A DNA stretch of 62,156 nt, filler included. It is 12 parts of 12 records of this genome, joined end to end, with 100 filler letters (N's around TTAATTAATTAA, not from the genome) between each part and the next. Parts side by side here need not be neighbours in the genome. Positions count along the whole stretch, not along the records: positions 1 to 4,824 come from SRR15195285_5759; positions 4,925 to 10,792 come from SRR15195285_5777; positions 10,893 to 17,357 come from SRR15195285_5778; 9 more parts are not named here. One strand, given 5' to 3'. Every line of letters begins with the position of its first letter. Position 1 is the stretch's first letter. A program made the position numbers and the translations under genes. The notes below the pieces were generated by a model, which searched no databases, had not been told where the DNA came from, and saw only the letters and a list, made by a program, of their open reading frames with translations. Positions 1 through 10,995 of this stretch are shown in pieces.

Positions 1-27
1 AGAGAGAGAGAGAGAGAGAGAGAGAGA
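1..27. repeat. (AG)n microsatellite at the contig start
   Basis: Pure AG dinucleotide run; it lies inside the intron of the truncated cathepsin gene. Confidence 0.95.
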
Positions 28-87
28 CGCGACGGCAATAAACAGGTGAGAGGGAGAATGACGGCGCGTTCATGGGCAGGCTCGCAC

Positions 88-1137
88 CTGAACGGCATCA
101 GAAGAGCCGTCAATCCCGATCGCGACTGGTCCAAAGCGAACGGCAGCCTCCAACTGTAGCTCGGACCCCACCGGTACATCTGTGTAGTTGTCAATCGTCG
201 CGACGGTGCGGTTCTCACCTGCTTTCCAGCATTGTTTTTGTCCAGTATTCTTGCGGCCGTCAGTGTAGTTGTAGTCCGCATCTGAGTCCAGACCCTTTGC
301 CATAATATATATAAAGCCAGACGTCACCACGCCACCTAGACACGCACCCTGATTGGAGCAGTCCATGAGTTGCTGCTCTGAAAGGTCGATCAGCTCGCCT
401 GTCGCCAGCTGCCACGCGCCCTCCACGGCCCCAACAGCAGCGAACGCCCAGCACCCACCACACTGACCTTGATTTTTGATGGACGTCACAGCACCCTTCG
501 TCACCCAATTCAACTCGTTCGGGTCCGTCCGCCCACCGCACGCATCCAATGGGCCACCAGATTTGGTGGCTCCATCAGTCTTGGAGTAAAGTGTGCAGCC
601 AGTTCCGAACTTGTAGTTGTAGTTCTGGCAGGTCGGGTTTTGGGCGCAGGCAGAGCAGCACTCCGTGGCATCTGGCTCCTGCGTGAAGCCAATCACTGTA
701 CCGCTGGTGTACTGTGTCAAGTTGTGGTTGTACAGTGAGCAGGTAGCGTTAGGGGTGCGCGTCGCGGGCGGAGCCTCGTGTAGTACAGTGACACTCGACT
801 CATCGCGTGTCGGCGACGGCCACGTTTCGGCGTTCGAACGCGCGTAGTCTCGCGCCCATTCCTCATTCTCTAGGTCCGTGAAGTCGTTGACGCCAAGCCT
901 GTACGTGGAACGGCCGGCGTCCGCCCCAGCATTGTGGGAGCGGATGAATTCCAGATTTGCCGCAAAGATTCTGCGCCGATGGTCTTCCTCGCTGGCGTCC
1001 GCATACTCCCGGCGGAAGAGCTGCTTGAACTCGGCCCACTCGACAACCTCTGGGATCTCGCTGTGGCTCATGCAGAGCGACCCTGGGGGGGCAGCCAGGA
1101 ATAGGGCGAGTGCGCCGATTGTCAGCTTGGATCTCAT
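88..1137 (-). CDS. Papain-family (C1A, cathepsin L-like) cysteine protease with I29 prodomain and inserted PAN/apple domain; 3' truncated
   Basis: ATG 1137 begins a signal-like MRSKLTIGALALFLAA. The I29 prodomain has ERFNIN-like (EEDHRRRIFAANLEFIRSHN) and GNFD-like (LGVNDFTD) motifs. Mature domain: NWVTKGAVTSIKNQGQCGGCWAF, LSEQQLMDCS, GPVAIGI. The exon ends at CAG|GTGCGA (intron from 87); the catalytic His/Asn exon is off-contig. Confidence 0.92.
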
Positions 1138-1483
1138 GTGACGCCACCACGTCAGTGCTGCTACGTTACCACGGTCGGTACGCAGCGGCTGCTTTAGTAC
1201 GCCATACGGAGCACGCAGGCGGCCCATCGTCGGATCGCCGGGTCGGTCCGCCGCGCCGCGATCGGGCCGGCGCCGATCCGGATCCGCGGCGCGCGCCGCG
1301 ACGACGCGGCGCCGGCGCCGGGCATGCCTGACGTGAACGGCGCGCGCACCGCGCGCGGTCGCCGCCACGACGGGTCGTGGCGGCGGGGGCGCGTCGCGTA
1401 CTTTAACTTGTACGACGTATACCGACCACTAGTCTACGAGCCGTACTCTTCGATTGCGCCATTCCCCCCAGGTGCAGGACAAG

Positions 1484-3312
1484 ATGAGCAGCGGTGACGA
1501 CGTCGACTCGCGAGGATTGGCGGGCTTGCGCTCTGGAAGGCGCTTGCTGCGCCGCACTCTGACGCAGCGCAGCAAAATCCTGGTACGGCCTGAACCATCC
1601 CTATTGGTCTCGTGCATAGCTAAGGGTGGTTGCATGGGCACGTTCAGTGCGTTGACAGTGTGATTCTCCTCCGTTTTGCAGGTGACTTCGGGGTTAGAGC
1701 ATCTACTTCAAAATGGAGCCAACCGCGAAACTCGTCCCGTCGAAGGGCAGGGCTTCCGCTGCGAGGTGTCCACAGGCGTTTGGTCGCACCACACTCCTAT
1801 CACTGGAAACGCCGAAGCGAAGCCTAAAGGCTACGCTTCTGGCGCGGGCAAGAAGGTTCGTACACATCAGCGGCCCACCCGGAACTGCCTCGCGGCCCCT
1901 CCATACGGTGGTGGATTCGACCCGTTCGACATCGACAACACGCACCTGACGCCGCCGGCAGATTACTCCGTCCCAGACCCAGCTGGTTCCGGACCATGGC
2001 TGATTCGCTGCTTCGAGAACAAATTTCCAGTACTTCGTGCAGCCAACAAATCGAGCGGCTCCGAAGAGCTGTATGCTTCTTTTGTCGACGATCTGTTCCC
2101 ACAGGTGTCTGCGATCGGTCGGCATGAGGTTGTTGTTCAGCACTGGCGCTACAACATGTGCGAAGCGCTCAGCACACCTGAAGAGAATCAGCTGCTGTGG
2201 GCGGCGCTGCATATACGCTTCATGGAGCTGTCAAAGATTGCGCGTTTTGTAAACCTGTTGGAAAATCACGGCCCACGATCCGGCGGCAGTCTGCCTCACC
2301 CACACTCGCAGCTGCTGGCGCTGCCAATCATCCCAGGTGAGCAACAGAGGTATTATAAGATCGCATACGATTTCTACGAAAAGAACCAGCAGTCCGTCTT
2401 CGCGGCTATCATGGAACGCACACTCGAGCATGCAGCGAGTGATCGGAGTGATGGAATGAGCGCAGCGTACGATCGTTCTGTGGCGCAGACCGAGCATTTC
2501 GTAGCGCTAGTTCCACACGCAGTTGAGAGGCCCCACGAGGTCTGGGTGGTCCCGAGGCGCCACACTTCATCATTTGTAGCAGCCTCTGTAGAGGAGGTTC
2601 AAGACCTGGGACTGATGATGCGCAAAGTCCTTGGCATGATGTACGGTCAAAACTATGGCCATAGCCCCCAACACTGCGAGTAGTGACTTTGGTTCATACC
2701 GTCTACAATCATCGTGTGCGTACAGAACTGATCATGCAAGCGCTGGACTGATACTTTGAGCTACTGCCCGCTGCTGCTGCTGCAGGTACACTGCCCTGGA
2801 CGATCCAGACTACAACATTATGCTTCGGAACGCGCCCTGCGACCCGTCCACTGCGTTTCCGATGGAAGCAGACCCGTCCGAGGCACCAATGGACAACTGG
2901 TGCGTACCCGAGACTGACAGCGTGATTACCATTCTGCCGTAGATGGGACCGATACTCAGGTGCTTGGAGCTCAGCAACTCGGTTGCACGGCTGATCTTCC
3001 TGCTTTCACAGGTACTGCTGGCATCTTGTAATCATTCCTCATGGTGCAGGTGAATGGTATGGACTAGCAGACTGCCCAACTGCATTTGCATGTGATTTTG
3101 TTTAGTGAACGATGGGCGTCTGTGGCAGGGCTGGCATCAAGGGCTACGGAGGGTTCACTGCCTGTATGGGTACACCAGAGCAGCACGCTGCGCAACTACG
3201 AGCATGTGCCGATGTAGACCTCCTCGAGATGGTTGCGACAGAGGAGGAACGAAAGACAGTCGCCAAACGAACGCAGCACTGCGTAAGGAACAATTCCTGC
3301 AAGTCTCGTTAG
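1484..3312 (+). CDS. GALT: Galactose-1-phosphate uridylyltransferase (GalT family), 5 exons
   Basis: Exons 1484-1582, 1682-2640, 2786-2899, 3012-3056, 3129-3312; all introns GT-AG and phase-consistent. Motifs ENKFP, GRHEVVV, NHG..SGGSLPHPHSQ (catalytic HPH), HEVWVVP, DPDYN, WHLVIIP, PEQHAAQLR. Confidence 0.9.
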
Positions 3313-3551
3313 CTTAGTTTCCCTTGAGGTAGACACTCCACGGACAGTGGTTGACAACAGCACGATCGCAAAACTACAGGTTGTGTTCGGTGCCGATGCA
3401 GGTGACTTTAACGGCAGCAGCTTCCTTGCTTGCTGTATTGAGCGCGTGGCTACCGAAGTAAGGGGAAGGCAAGCATCGAAATGCGCCCAGAGAGCACATG
3501 TAGACGTGTGTAGTAGCAAGGAACGTCGATACGACTTCGCATCTTGTACAC

Positions 3552-4642
3552 TCAGTGCCCGTTGCAGTCCGTCTTCACGTCGCGTAGCGTGCTAGCAAGT
3601 GGGGACGCTGCCATGACTGGGTCATCTGCACACCTGACCATCGCCATAACGCATCTGTGTAACAAGAACAACAACGGTTCAGCAAACACGTTGCGCAGGA
3701 GCGCGACAGCTATCGAAAACGTTAGGAGGCTGCGAGGTAGACAACGCGCGGGTGTGGTGTGGTGTGGTGTATGGCGTGTGTGCCTTGTCAGATGGCTTAC
3801 GGATCGTTGCAGTCGACGTTGTCCGCCAGCGCGGTGATCCTCTGCACAGTGCATAACTCTTGCATTCCCGTTGGATTGCACGTTCGCTCCACAACCCCCC
3901 CGACCTTTCCCGTTGGTGTGCACTGGGCAGAGTCTGCGTTGGGCCATTGTCCGTCAACACAGGATACCTCAGAACCACTCGGCTGAACACTAGGGACGCA
4001 GTCGTCGACCTCACACGCGCCCTGGTCGCACAGCAAGGTCGCTCGCAGACCGTCTGCTTGCACATCCCACTGACCATCCACTACGGTTGGCAGTGGCGCA
4101 CAGACGTTCGCCGGGCATCTGTCGACGGCTGCTTTGATCGCCTTCACCGTCTGTTCGCCTTCACCCATCATGAGTTCGAGAGTGCTCCGGCAGTCGTGAA
4201 AATACGGCACGAGCACGGCTGCGCAGCCGGCATCACAGGCAGCAGGCTCACCAGAACTGCAATCTTCGCCAGGATCACCGCAGCACTCGGCGTGGACTAA
4301 TGCGACACGGTTGTCAAGATCGGCCATTAGACAGGGACTAATTGGACAACGTTCTGCCGCTCCCTGTACACTCACTAGCGCATCTTTGTCCATAACTAAC
4401 TGGCAGTCTTGTAAGTACGGTACTAGCACAGCTGCGCATCCTGCGTTGCAAGTTGCAGGCTGGCCGCTGCTGCAGTCCTCTGTTGGTTCGTCGCAGCAAG
4501 CTACAGCGACCTGACTTGCCCGGTCCGGAAGGTCTTCCTCCGCACACGGGCCAGCTGTGACATAAGTTGCGGAGTGGCACGCCGCGAGCATAACAGCAAG
4601 CCTTGTACGGCTGCCACCCCAACGAGGGTGCTCGCAACGCAT
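3552..4642 (-). CDS. Secreted Cys-rich protein with two tandem CC-x-P-x-EDCSSG repeats and a Sushi/CCP-like domain
   Basis: Repeats CCDEPTEDCSSGQPATCNAGCAAVLVPYLQDC and CCGDPGEDCSSGEPAACDAGCAAVLVPYFHDC, then Sushi-like CAPLP..G...C..G...C..GQW...C. Predicted intron 3800-3655 (GTAAG..ACACAG); the last exon ends at TGA 3552. Confidence 0.7.
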
Positions 4643-4800
4643 ACCTCACAAACCGCCGCTCTCGCGCTTCGTTGCCGCCCAGATTCTCCTCAACGCGCGC
4701 ACGCACACCTCCTCTCACCACGCTGCCTTGCACTGCTCGAAGCGTAAACTGGGCGCGAGCAAGCTGCACAGGCCTGCCACCACCGATCTTCCCTTCCCTC

Positions 4801-4824
4801 GGGGGGGGGGGGGGGGGGGGGGGG
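4801..4824. repeat. Poly-G run at the contig end
   Basis: 24 G immediately before the spacer; may be a sequencing artefact. Confidence 0.8.
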
Positions 4825-4924
4825 NNNNNNNNNNNNNNNNNNNNNNNNNNNNNNNNNNNNNNNNNNNNTTAATTAATTAANNNNNNNNNNNNNNNNNNNN
4901 NNNNNNNNNNNNNNNNNNNNNNNN
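4825..4924. other. Artificial contig spacer
   Basis: N44-TTAATTAATTAA-N44; stop codons in all six frames. Confidence 0.99.
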
Positions 4925-5293
4925 TCGTCCGAATTTTAGATCCATGACACCCTCTGGTAGTGTCCGTGACCAACAGGCGTGGCAGTTGGGCGGGCGCAGG
5001 ACGGCAGCTCCGGTTGCGTACGCACCCCCCAAGAGCTATAGGAGCTGCTGCTGCTGTGGGAGCCGTCGGAGGCGATGTGAACGCCGCGTGTGCACACACT
5101 GCGGACTGAGGGTTCTGAGTCCGGCAGCAGCAGCAGCAGCTGCAGGAGCTACGGTCGACGAGCGGCAAGTTGGCTGCCCGATGTGAACGTGTGCGGCCGC
5201 CGCCGTCGCCGCCGCTGCACCGTGTAGGCAACGGACTAGGGATCCTGGCTCCGCTCTGCCACGGGTGACCCAGCCACTTCGGAGACTGTCCGG

Positions 5294-7354
5294 ATGGATA
5301 CGATCGAGCCGTGGGCGTCTGTCTCCGATGCACGCATGCTGCACCAGCAGATGCGCTCGCCACGGTCGCCGTTGTCCGAAACGGTGTCACACTCGCGCTC
5401 GGAGCCGTCTCTGAGCAGGACCAACCCCGTGCGGTCGTCCAGTAAGCACAGAAGGCGGGGGTCCGGCAGCTCTCGGTCCGGGCTGCCAGCAATCAGCTCG
5501 CCGGAGCAGACTGGTACGCCAGCGTTTGCAATGCTGCAGGCGCAGACCGCTGTCGCACAGGTGCGGTCGCTTGCTCGGCTCTCGACGGAGAAGAATGACG
5601 AGATCATCAAGTTTGGCGAGCACGTCAACGCTGAGCTGCGGGCGTTGCGCAGTCGAATGGAGGGTCAGCGACAGGAAGATGCCAAGCACGAGACACTCGA
5701 ACACAGGGTGGCCAAAGCAGGCGGTGCCGTCGATGACATGCGCGAGGAGTTGTCCCAGCTCGCGCAGAAGCGGCAGAAGAAGTCACAGCTCCTGATTGAC
5801 CTCACAGATGAGCTGAGAGGCGTGAAGGCGACAGTGAAGGGAATGAAAAGCGGAGCTGCAGATAGCCCTGATGCTATTCGCCTAGGGATTGCAACGGCCA
5901 AGTACGAGAATGTGGAAGCGGACCGACTGCAGATGGTGGAATACAGTCGAACACTGGACACGTTGCACCGACGCGCACGCAACTCATGCGGCAGTGTGCA
6001 GACGGACATCAGCCAGCTGCAAACGGTGATCGGCGACGCGACAGGCGAAATTGATTCGATGCGGGAAACCTTGCGGCTCCTGCAGGCAGTCCATGTCTCC
6101 ACCAACAATGAGCGCAACGCATATCTCAAGAGTCTAGTCATGGACAAGATGGTGCACGCTGAGCAGCTGAAAATGCGTCAGCGAATGATCTCCATGGAGC
6201 GGCAAGTTGACGTTGACAACAAGAAAAGGGAAGAGGCACGCATCCAGGCGTTGAATCAGCCGCAAGAAAAGGAGCGGCGCAAACAGCTTGCCGAAGCCAC
6301 GAAGATAGGGTTTGAAAAGAAAGCTCTCGCGAAGGTTCGCGCAGAGACCGTAGCACGTGAGCAAGCGCTGGAAGCTGGGATGCGGCGTTTGGAGGTGGAG
6401 ACTGGCATAACGACAGCTGGTGATCTGATCTTACGCTGGGGGCAGCATGATGCAACGAGCTCCGAGTTGCAGAACACAGCTGTGGGCACAAAGAGAAGGT
6501 TACACGAAGTTCAGGCCGAGAAAGAGCGACTCAGCGGGGATCTCGAAAGCCTGACAATCAAAGAGAACCAATCTACCGACCAGGAACAGCATGAGATAGC
6601 AGCGGTAGGACCAGCCACAAGGATGGCATCATTTGAGCAGCAGACCACCCTCCTCCAAGCGGCGGAAGAGATGGTCTGTGAGCGTACGGAAGCAGCCTTG
6701 AAACTCGAGGCCTTGATAGTGCGTGTGCGAGAGACGCTGCTAGCCCTACTACTACGAGTGAGTCCAAAAGAGACACGATCCACACACTGGGTGGCTGAGC
6801 GGTGGGATGCAGATCCTCTTGATGTGATGAGCGAGATTGCAATGGTCGTTCACGCCATGGGCACTGAAGTTTGCGACGGTGAGATGCCGACACAGGAGTA
6901 CGTGGATGCGCGGATTGGGGAAAAGAGTGAGTGGAAGAGCGTCATCTTCTCGAACATGCAGTCGGATGACTTCCAGAAGTACAACACGAGAGTGGCCCCA
7001 ATCAACCTACATCACGGAAACTACTCTGGGCTGCAAATTCTTAGCGAGAAGGCGGGACATGCACCGACCGCTGTCGTAGCAGAAGACCACCGGGCGCACT
7101 TGGGCCGTGGTGATTTGAAGGCCGCTGGAATCCTTGCAAAAGCGAGATCGGCTGGGATGATCGAAGAGCACGCTGACAAGGATCCATATGGAATGCGCGC
7201 GGGTAAAAGAGGCAAGAAGCACACGCAGAAGAAACAGGCTCGCGCTAAAGTGTTGTTGGCTGCCCCAGTGCCTTCGGCTACACACGAAGAGCCCCATGGT
7301 CACGAGTCATTGCCCAAATTTGTGGACTTGGGCGGACCTGACTTTGAAGTGTGA
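5294..7354 (+). CDS. Long coiled-coil protein, possibly related to outer dynein arm docking complex subunits (CCDC151/CCDC114-like)
   Basis: Uninterrupted 686-aa ORF, helical and E/K/R/Q-rich. The segment EAGMRRLEVETGITTAGDLILRW resembles the (A/E)TG(I/V)..... block of ODA-DC proteins. The family assignment is weak; the CDS itself is well supported. Confidence 0.65.
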   Translation: MDTIEPWASVSDARMLHQQMRSPRSPLSETVSHSRSEPSLSRTNPVRSSSKHRRRGSGSSRSGLPAISSPEQTGTPAFAMLQAQTAVAQVRSLARLSTEKNDEIIKFGEHVNAELRALRSRMEGQRQEDAKHETLEHRVAKAGGAVDDMREELSQLAQKRQKKSQLLIDLTDELRGVKATVKGMKSGAADSPDAIRLGIATAKYENVEADRLQMVEYSRTLDTLHRRARNSCGSVQTDISQLQTVIGDATGEIDSMRETLRLLQAVHVSTNNERNAYLKSLVMDKMVHAEQLKMRQRMISMERQVDVDNKKREEARIQALNQPQEKERRKQLAEATKIGFEKKALAKVRAETVAREQALEAGMRRLEVETGITTAGDLILRWGQHDATSSELQNTAVGTKRRLHEVQAEKERLSGDLESLTIKENQSTDQEQHEIAAVGPATRMASFEQQTTLLQAAEEMVCERTEAALKLEALIVRVRETLLALLLRVSPKETRSTHWVAERWDADPLDVMSEIAMVVHAMGTEVCDGEMPTQEYVDARIGEKSEWKSVIFSNMQSDDFQKYNTRVAPINLHHGNYSGLQILSEKAGHAPTAVVAEDHRAHLGRGDLKAAGILAKARSAGMIEEHADKDPYGMRAGKRGKKHTQKKQARAKVLLAAPVPSATHEEPHGHESLPKFVDLGGPDFEV

Positions 7355-7970
7355 CGGCAGAGCAAGAGGCGGCGACCGACTTTGATCGTATTCTGTGTAG
7401 CGGCACCATCTGGGTTTGTTGAATTACTCAGTTGCAAAAACGTATGTTATAATGCTTTATCAACGGCCAGAGGCCTTCTGACGTGGCTACTGTACACATG
7501 AAATCAGTGATTGAGAACCATGAGGCTCAATCATGTGTGAGCTCCAAACTCGAGCATCTACGCAGACGTACAGGTGTATCTCGAATGTCCTATCCGAACC
7601 ATATATGTGCACCGATGTAGCGTAAACTAATCTCCCGGCCAGGCGGCCGTGATATTTGTCGCGGTCATCTCGCAGCGGCAAAGCGTGCTGAGGAGAAGAG
7701 CTAGGGCCAGAGGGGCGCGATTGTTCGCGTAGCTGCGCAGTTGGAGTGGAGAACACCCTGACTGTACACTATCTTCTCGTGCCCAATCATTCGTATGTAT
7801 TAGAATACAATCAGTGCTCGACTGTACACACGTTTACATACAGTGTGTGATCGCGTGTAAACGTGTGCACTGAATGATTGTACATTGGGGTTGACACTCG
7901 CGCACTAAGCTAGAGCTTGCTAGCGTAAGGTACTTCTCATCCTACGCACCCGTCATCCTCAACGTTGCCT

Positions 7971-10792
7971 TCATAGGAACAGACATGCCATGAAAGCACC
8001 CAGGGCAAGCCCAAGTGGTGACGTACATGCACATGTGGCTTTCGTGGCGCTGGAGGTCTTATCCGGCAAATGTGTGGTGCATCCGAGTTGAACGTAACCT
8101 TCGTAATCGCAGACTGGATCTGAGTTGCACGGGTGAGACGTGCACGCCGGGTTCTCTTTGCAGCAGGCTCCGAAGTCTGAGTATGTCGTCAGGTCACACG
8201 TAGTCTGCCATTCCTGGATTGCCACACGCCCATTGCCATCACAGAAAGATGCTGAAGCGCTCGCATCGTAAATGTGGGCAACTATCGCATTAAAGTCTGC
8301 AGCTGCTGAGCCACACTCTGCATCAGTCACCGCCACCATCGTGCCGTCACCGAATTTATCGCCACAAGTGGCTAGTGCCGTGCAGCACGCAGTTTTGTCC
8401 GCCGCGACTCCACTGATGTCACATGCGGCCCCTGCGCAAAAAGATGCCGAAGCGGTCGTATTGGCAAAGGCACCCGGGTAACAATCCAAATCGGTATAGT
8501 CAGTGCCACACGTGGCTTGTGCGACACAGCAGGTCGTCTTGTCCACTGCAACTCCACTGATGTCACACGTGGCACCTGCACAGGTAGACGCTGAAGCGGT
8601 CACGTCGTACGAGAATCCCTCGCCGCAATCTTCATCGCTGACCGCCGCAGTGCCATCGCCATCGCCATCGGCATCACCGCAAGTGGCCATATGTGTAACC
8701 ACAACATTATCCACGGACCATGGCGGGTCACTAGACAGCTCGCCGAGATACCGGTAATTGTCGTCAAATGCTAGTGGCTCCGCAGATATGAGCAGTTCTG
8801 AATCCAATGGCGGCTCTCCAGCCTCCCACCTGTTGGTTTGTTGCCAACCCTCAATGGGACTGAAACTTATCGTAAAATCTACGATGGTCCAAGGTGTGTC
8901 TGACGTGCCCGCCGGAGAAATGGAGTGTATGGTGACAGCGCAAAAGTCATCTTGTCTTGCGCAAAAGTCACCCAGTGCTGGGATTGCCTCTTCAGCGTTG
9001 CTCTCGAACTCCAGTTCAAACTCGGCCCGCGCCATGCTGCCTGCAGGTATGGTCGATATGCCCATGGCTTCGTATCGTGCATAAGCTCGGACCTGCGTGA
9101 AACCTGGCGGCGGCGGCGGCGATGGCAACAGTGTCGCTCTGCAGCACTCAGCAGCACTGCACCGCTGCTCCTTATATCCGCCATCAATGCTATCATCGCC
9201 ATTCATACCGCATAGAAAGCTCGGGTCGTCCACAAAAGACTCTGTGCCGCTCAGCGAATAGGCTCCCGTTCCGTCTCGGGTTTGGCCCATTCGCGCTCTG
9301 AGCGAGTGAACGCCAGTACCGTCACCCCAGTTGTCCAGATCGCTGCAATCAAAGCGATTGCCCTCTCCGTCGCCGTCAGAGTCAGCGCATGTGCGACTTC
9401 CTCGGATGAGGTCATTGTGGCCACACGTGTTGACATTGGGAATTTCGTGCTCGCAATTGCACGCCACGATTGCAGCGCACAGAGGGTTGGCCATGCACTC
9501 CGAACCGCTCCCGACTGTAACGTACCAAGTCGAACCAGTTTTCCAATACCAATCTCCGTTGCATCCTCCGCAGCTCTGCGCCGCTAGACGGTCACGCGAG
9601 CAGGCATCGTCTGAGTCGCACGCGGCTTCTTGGTCCGCACACGGATCAATATCGCAATCTGGTGAAGGGCATGTCGCCAGCACATCTGCGTACATTGCTT
9701 CGACCGCGGCCAACTCGGAGTTTTCGTCAAGGCCGTGCTGACCTGCGGCCGGCGTCGTACATGAGTCCTTGCAACCCACAGTGAGGGTGTCTGTATACAG
9801 GCTGGAGCATTCGTAGTGCTCCGCGATGGTCGAGGCCGCAGTGATGCACGTCTCCATCTGGCTAAATATGTCGCAATCCGACGCTGTGGCGACACAGCGA
9901 GGCGGATTCAGTCCACAGTCTGCTCGCATCTTCGCCATCTCTGCTGGAGTCTGCGCCGGCCCCTGATTGGACCAGAGCAAACACATGGCACAGCGATCCG
10001 ACGGCGGTGTGTTGTCGCTGTACAGGGCCGCCCAATCGGACGCTCCGCTGCAATCCTCCACGTGCGTGCGAGTGTTGTAAAGACGGTTGTCCGGGGGAAA
10101 GCTGTCTCCTCCTGGGCCGCACTCTAACAATCCAGGTATTGACAGAGCACCAATGTCCATGTCGAAGTCCACGGCGTTCAGCGTGCAGACTGCGCACGCG
10201 TTGTCGTCCGTGCCCGAAACTCCTGTCTGTGCCTCATAACCAATATTGATCGTATCGGAGAGCGAACAGAACCCTCCTTGGCCGACGGGGGGTGCGCACG
10301 AGTTCAGGGCGGCAAAAAAGTCTTCCGAATACCAGGTACAGTCGCTGACTCCAGACGTACCACACGCTGTCGCCACGCAAGCCGAACCTGCGCACCCATC
10401 GTCGCATCGATTTGTTTGAGAGAGCACAGCAGAGTCTAGCGGCGAATTGGAAGGGAGGGAGAGGGACGAGGGAGGCGTCAGTTAGCTAGCCAGCCAAGAA
10501 TCGGTTCTCCTTGCCAGCTTACACGAAGCACTGACGACCGGCTCAACATAACAATACAACTCGCCGCTCTGAGTGCCACTTTGATCTAGGCACGTTGTGC
10601 TGGTTGGGTCGATGCCCGTACCCGGCTGGACACCCCAGGGAGTGCACGCCGCGCCAGATGACGTGGTCGTGAGGCTTGCACACTCAGGAAAGCAGTCTAA
10701 ACTGTCGCCACAAGATTCCAATGTACGTTGTATCAGGTTCGTAATGTCGTCTGCGTTGCAAGCATCAGGCCCTGGCGGCGCCGGCGGTGGCG
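7971..10792 (-). CDS. Large extracellular Cys-rich repeat protein; 5' truncated
   Basis: 818-aa exon plus an upstream exon joined by intron 10522-10436 (T|GTAAG...pyrimidine tract...CTAG). Repeats of the form ATCGD..GDG...VSD.DC...D..ASAS.CAGA.CD.....DK..CC; Pro-rich linkers; short hydrophobic C-terminus. Confidence 0.8.
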
Positions 10793-10892
10793 NNNNNNNN
10801 NNNNNNNNNNNNNNNNNNNNNNNNNNNNNNNNNNNNTTAATTAATTAANNNNNNNNNNNNNNNNNNNNNNNNNNNNNNNNNNNNNNNNNNNN
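10793..10892. other. Artificial contig spacer
   Basis: N44-TTAATTAATTAA-N44. Confidence 0.99.
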
Positions 10893-10995
10893 TTTTCCAG
10901 TACAGACTGCACAAACATTGAACAGGAAAGCACCCCGCCGCTTGCTTTTGCCTGAAATGAGTCTGAAAATCGTACTGGGGCGGAACGGCGCCAGC

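Noticed and set aside
1138-1368. Arg-rich N-terminal extension of the 432-aa cathepsin ORF
   Set aside because: It begins at a non-ATG codon in GC-rich promoter DNA; the signal peptide starts at ATG 1137.
4801-4824. Poly-G as a G-quadruplex regulatory element
   Set aside because: It abuts the contig end, where poly-G sequencing artefacts are common.
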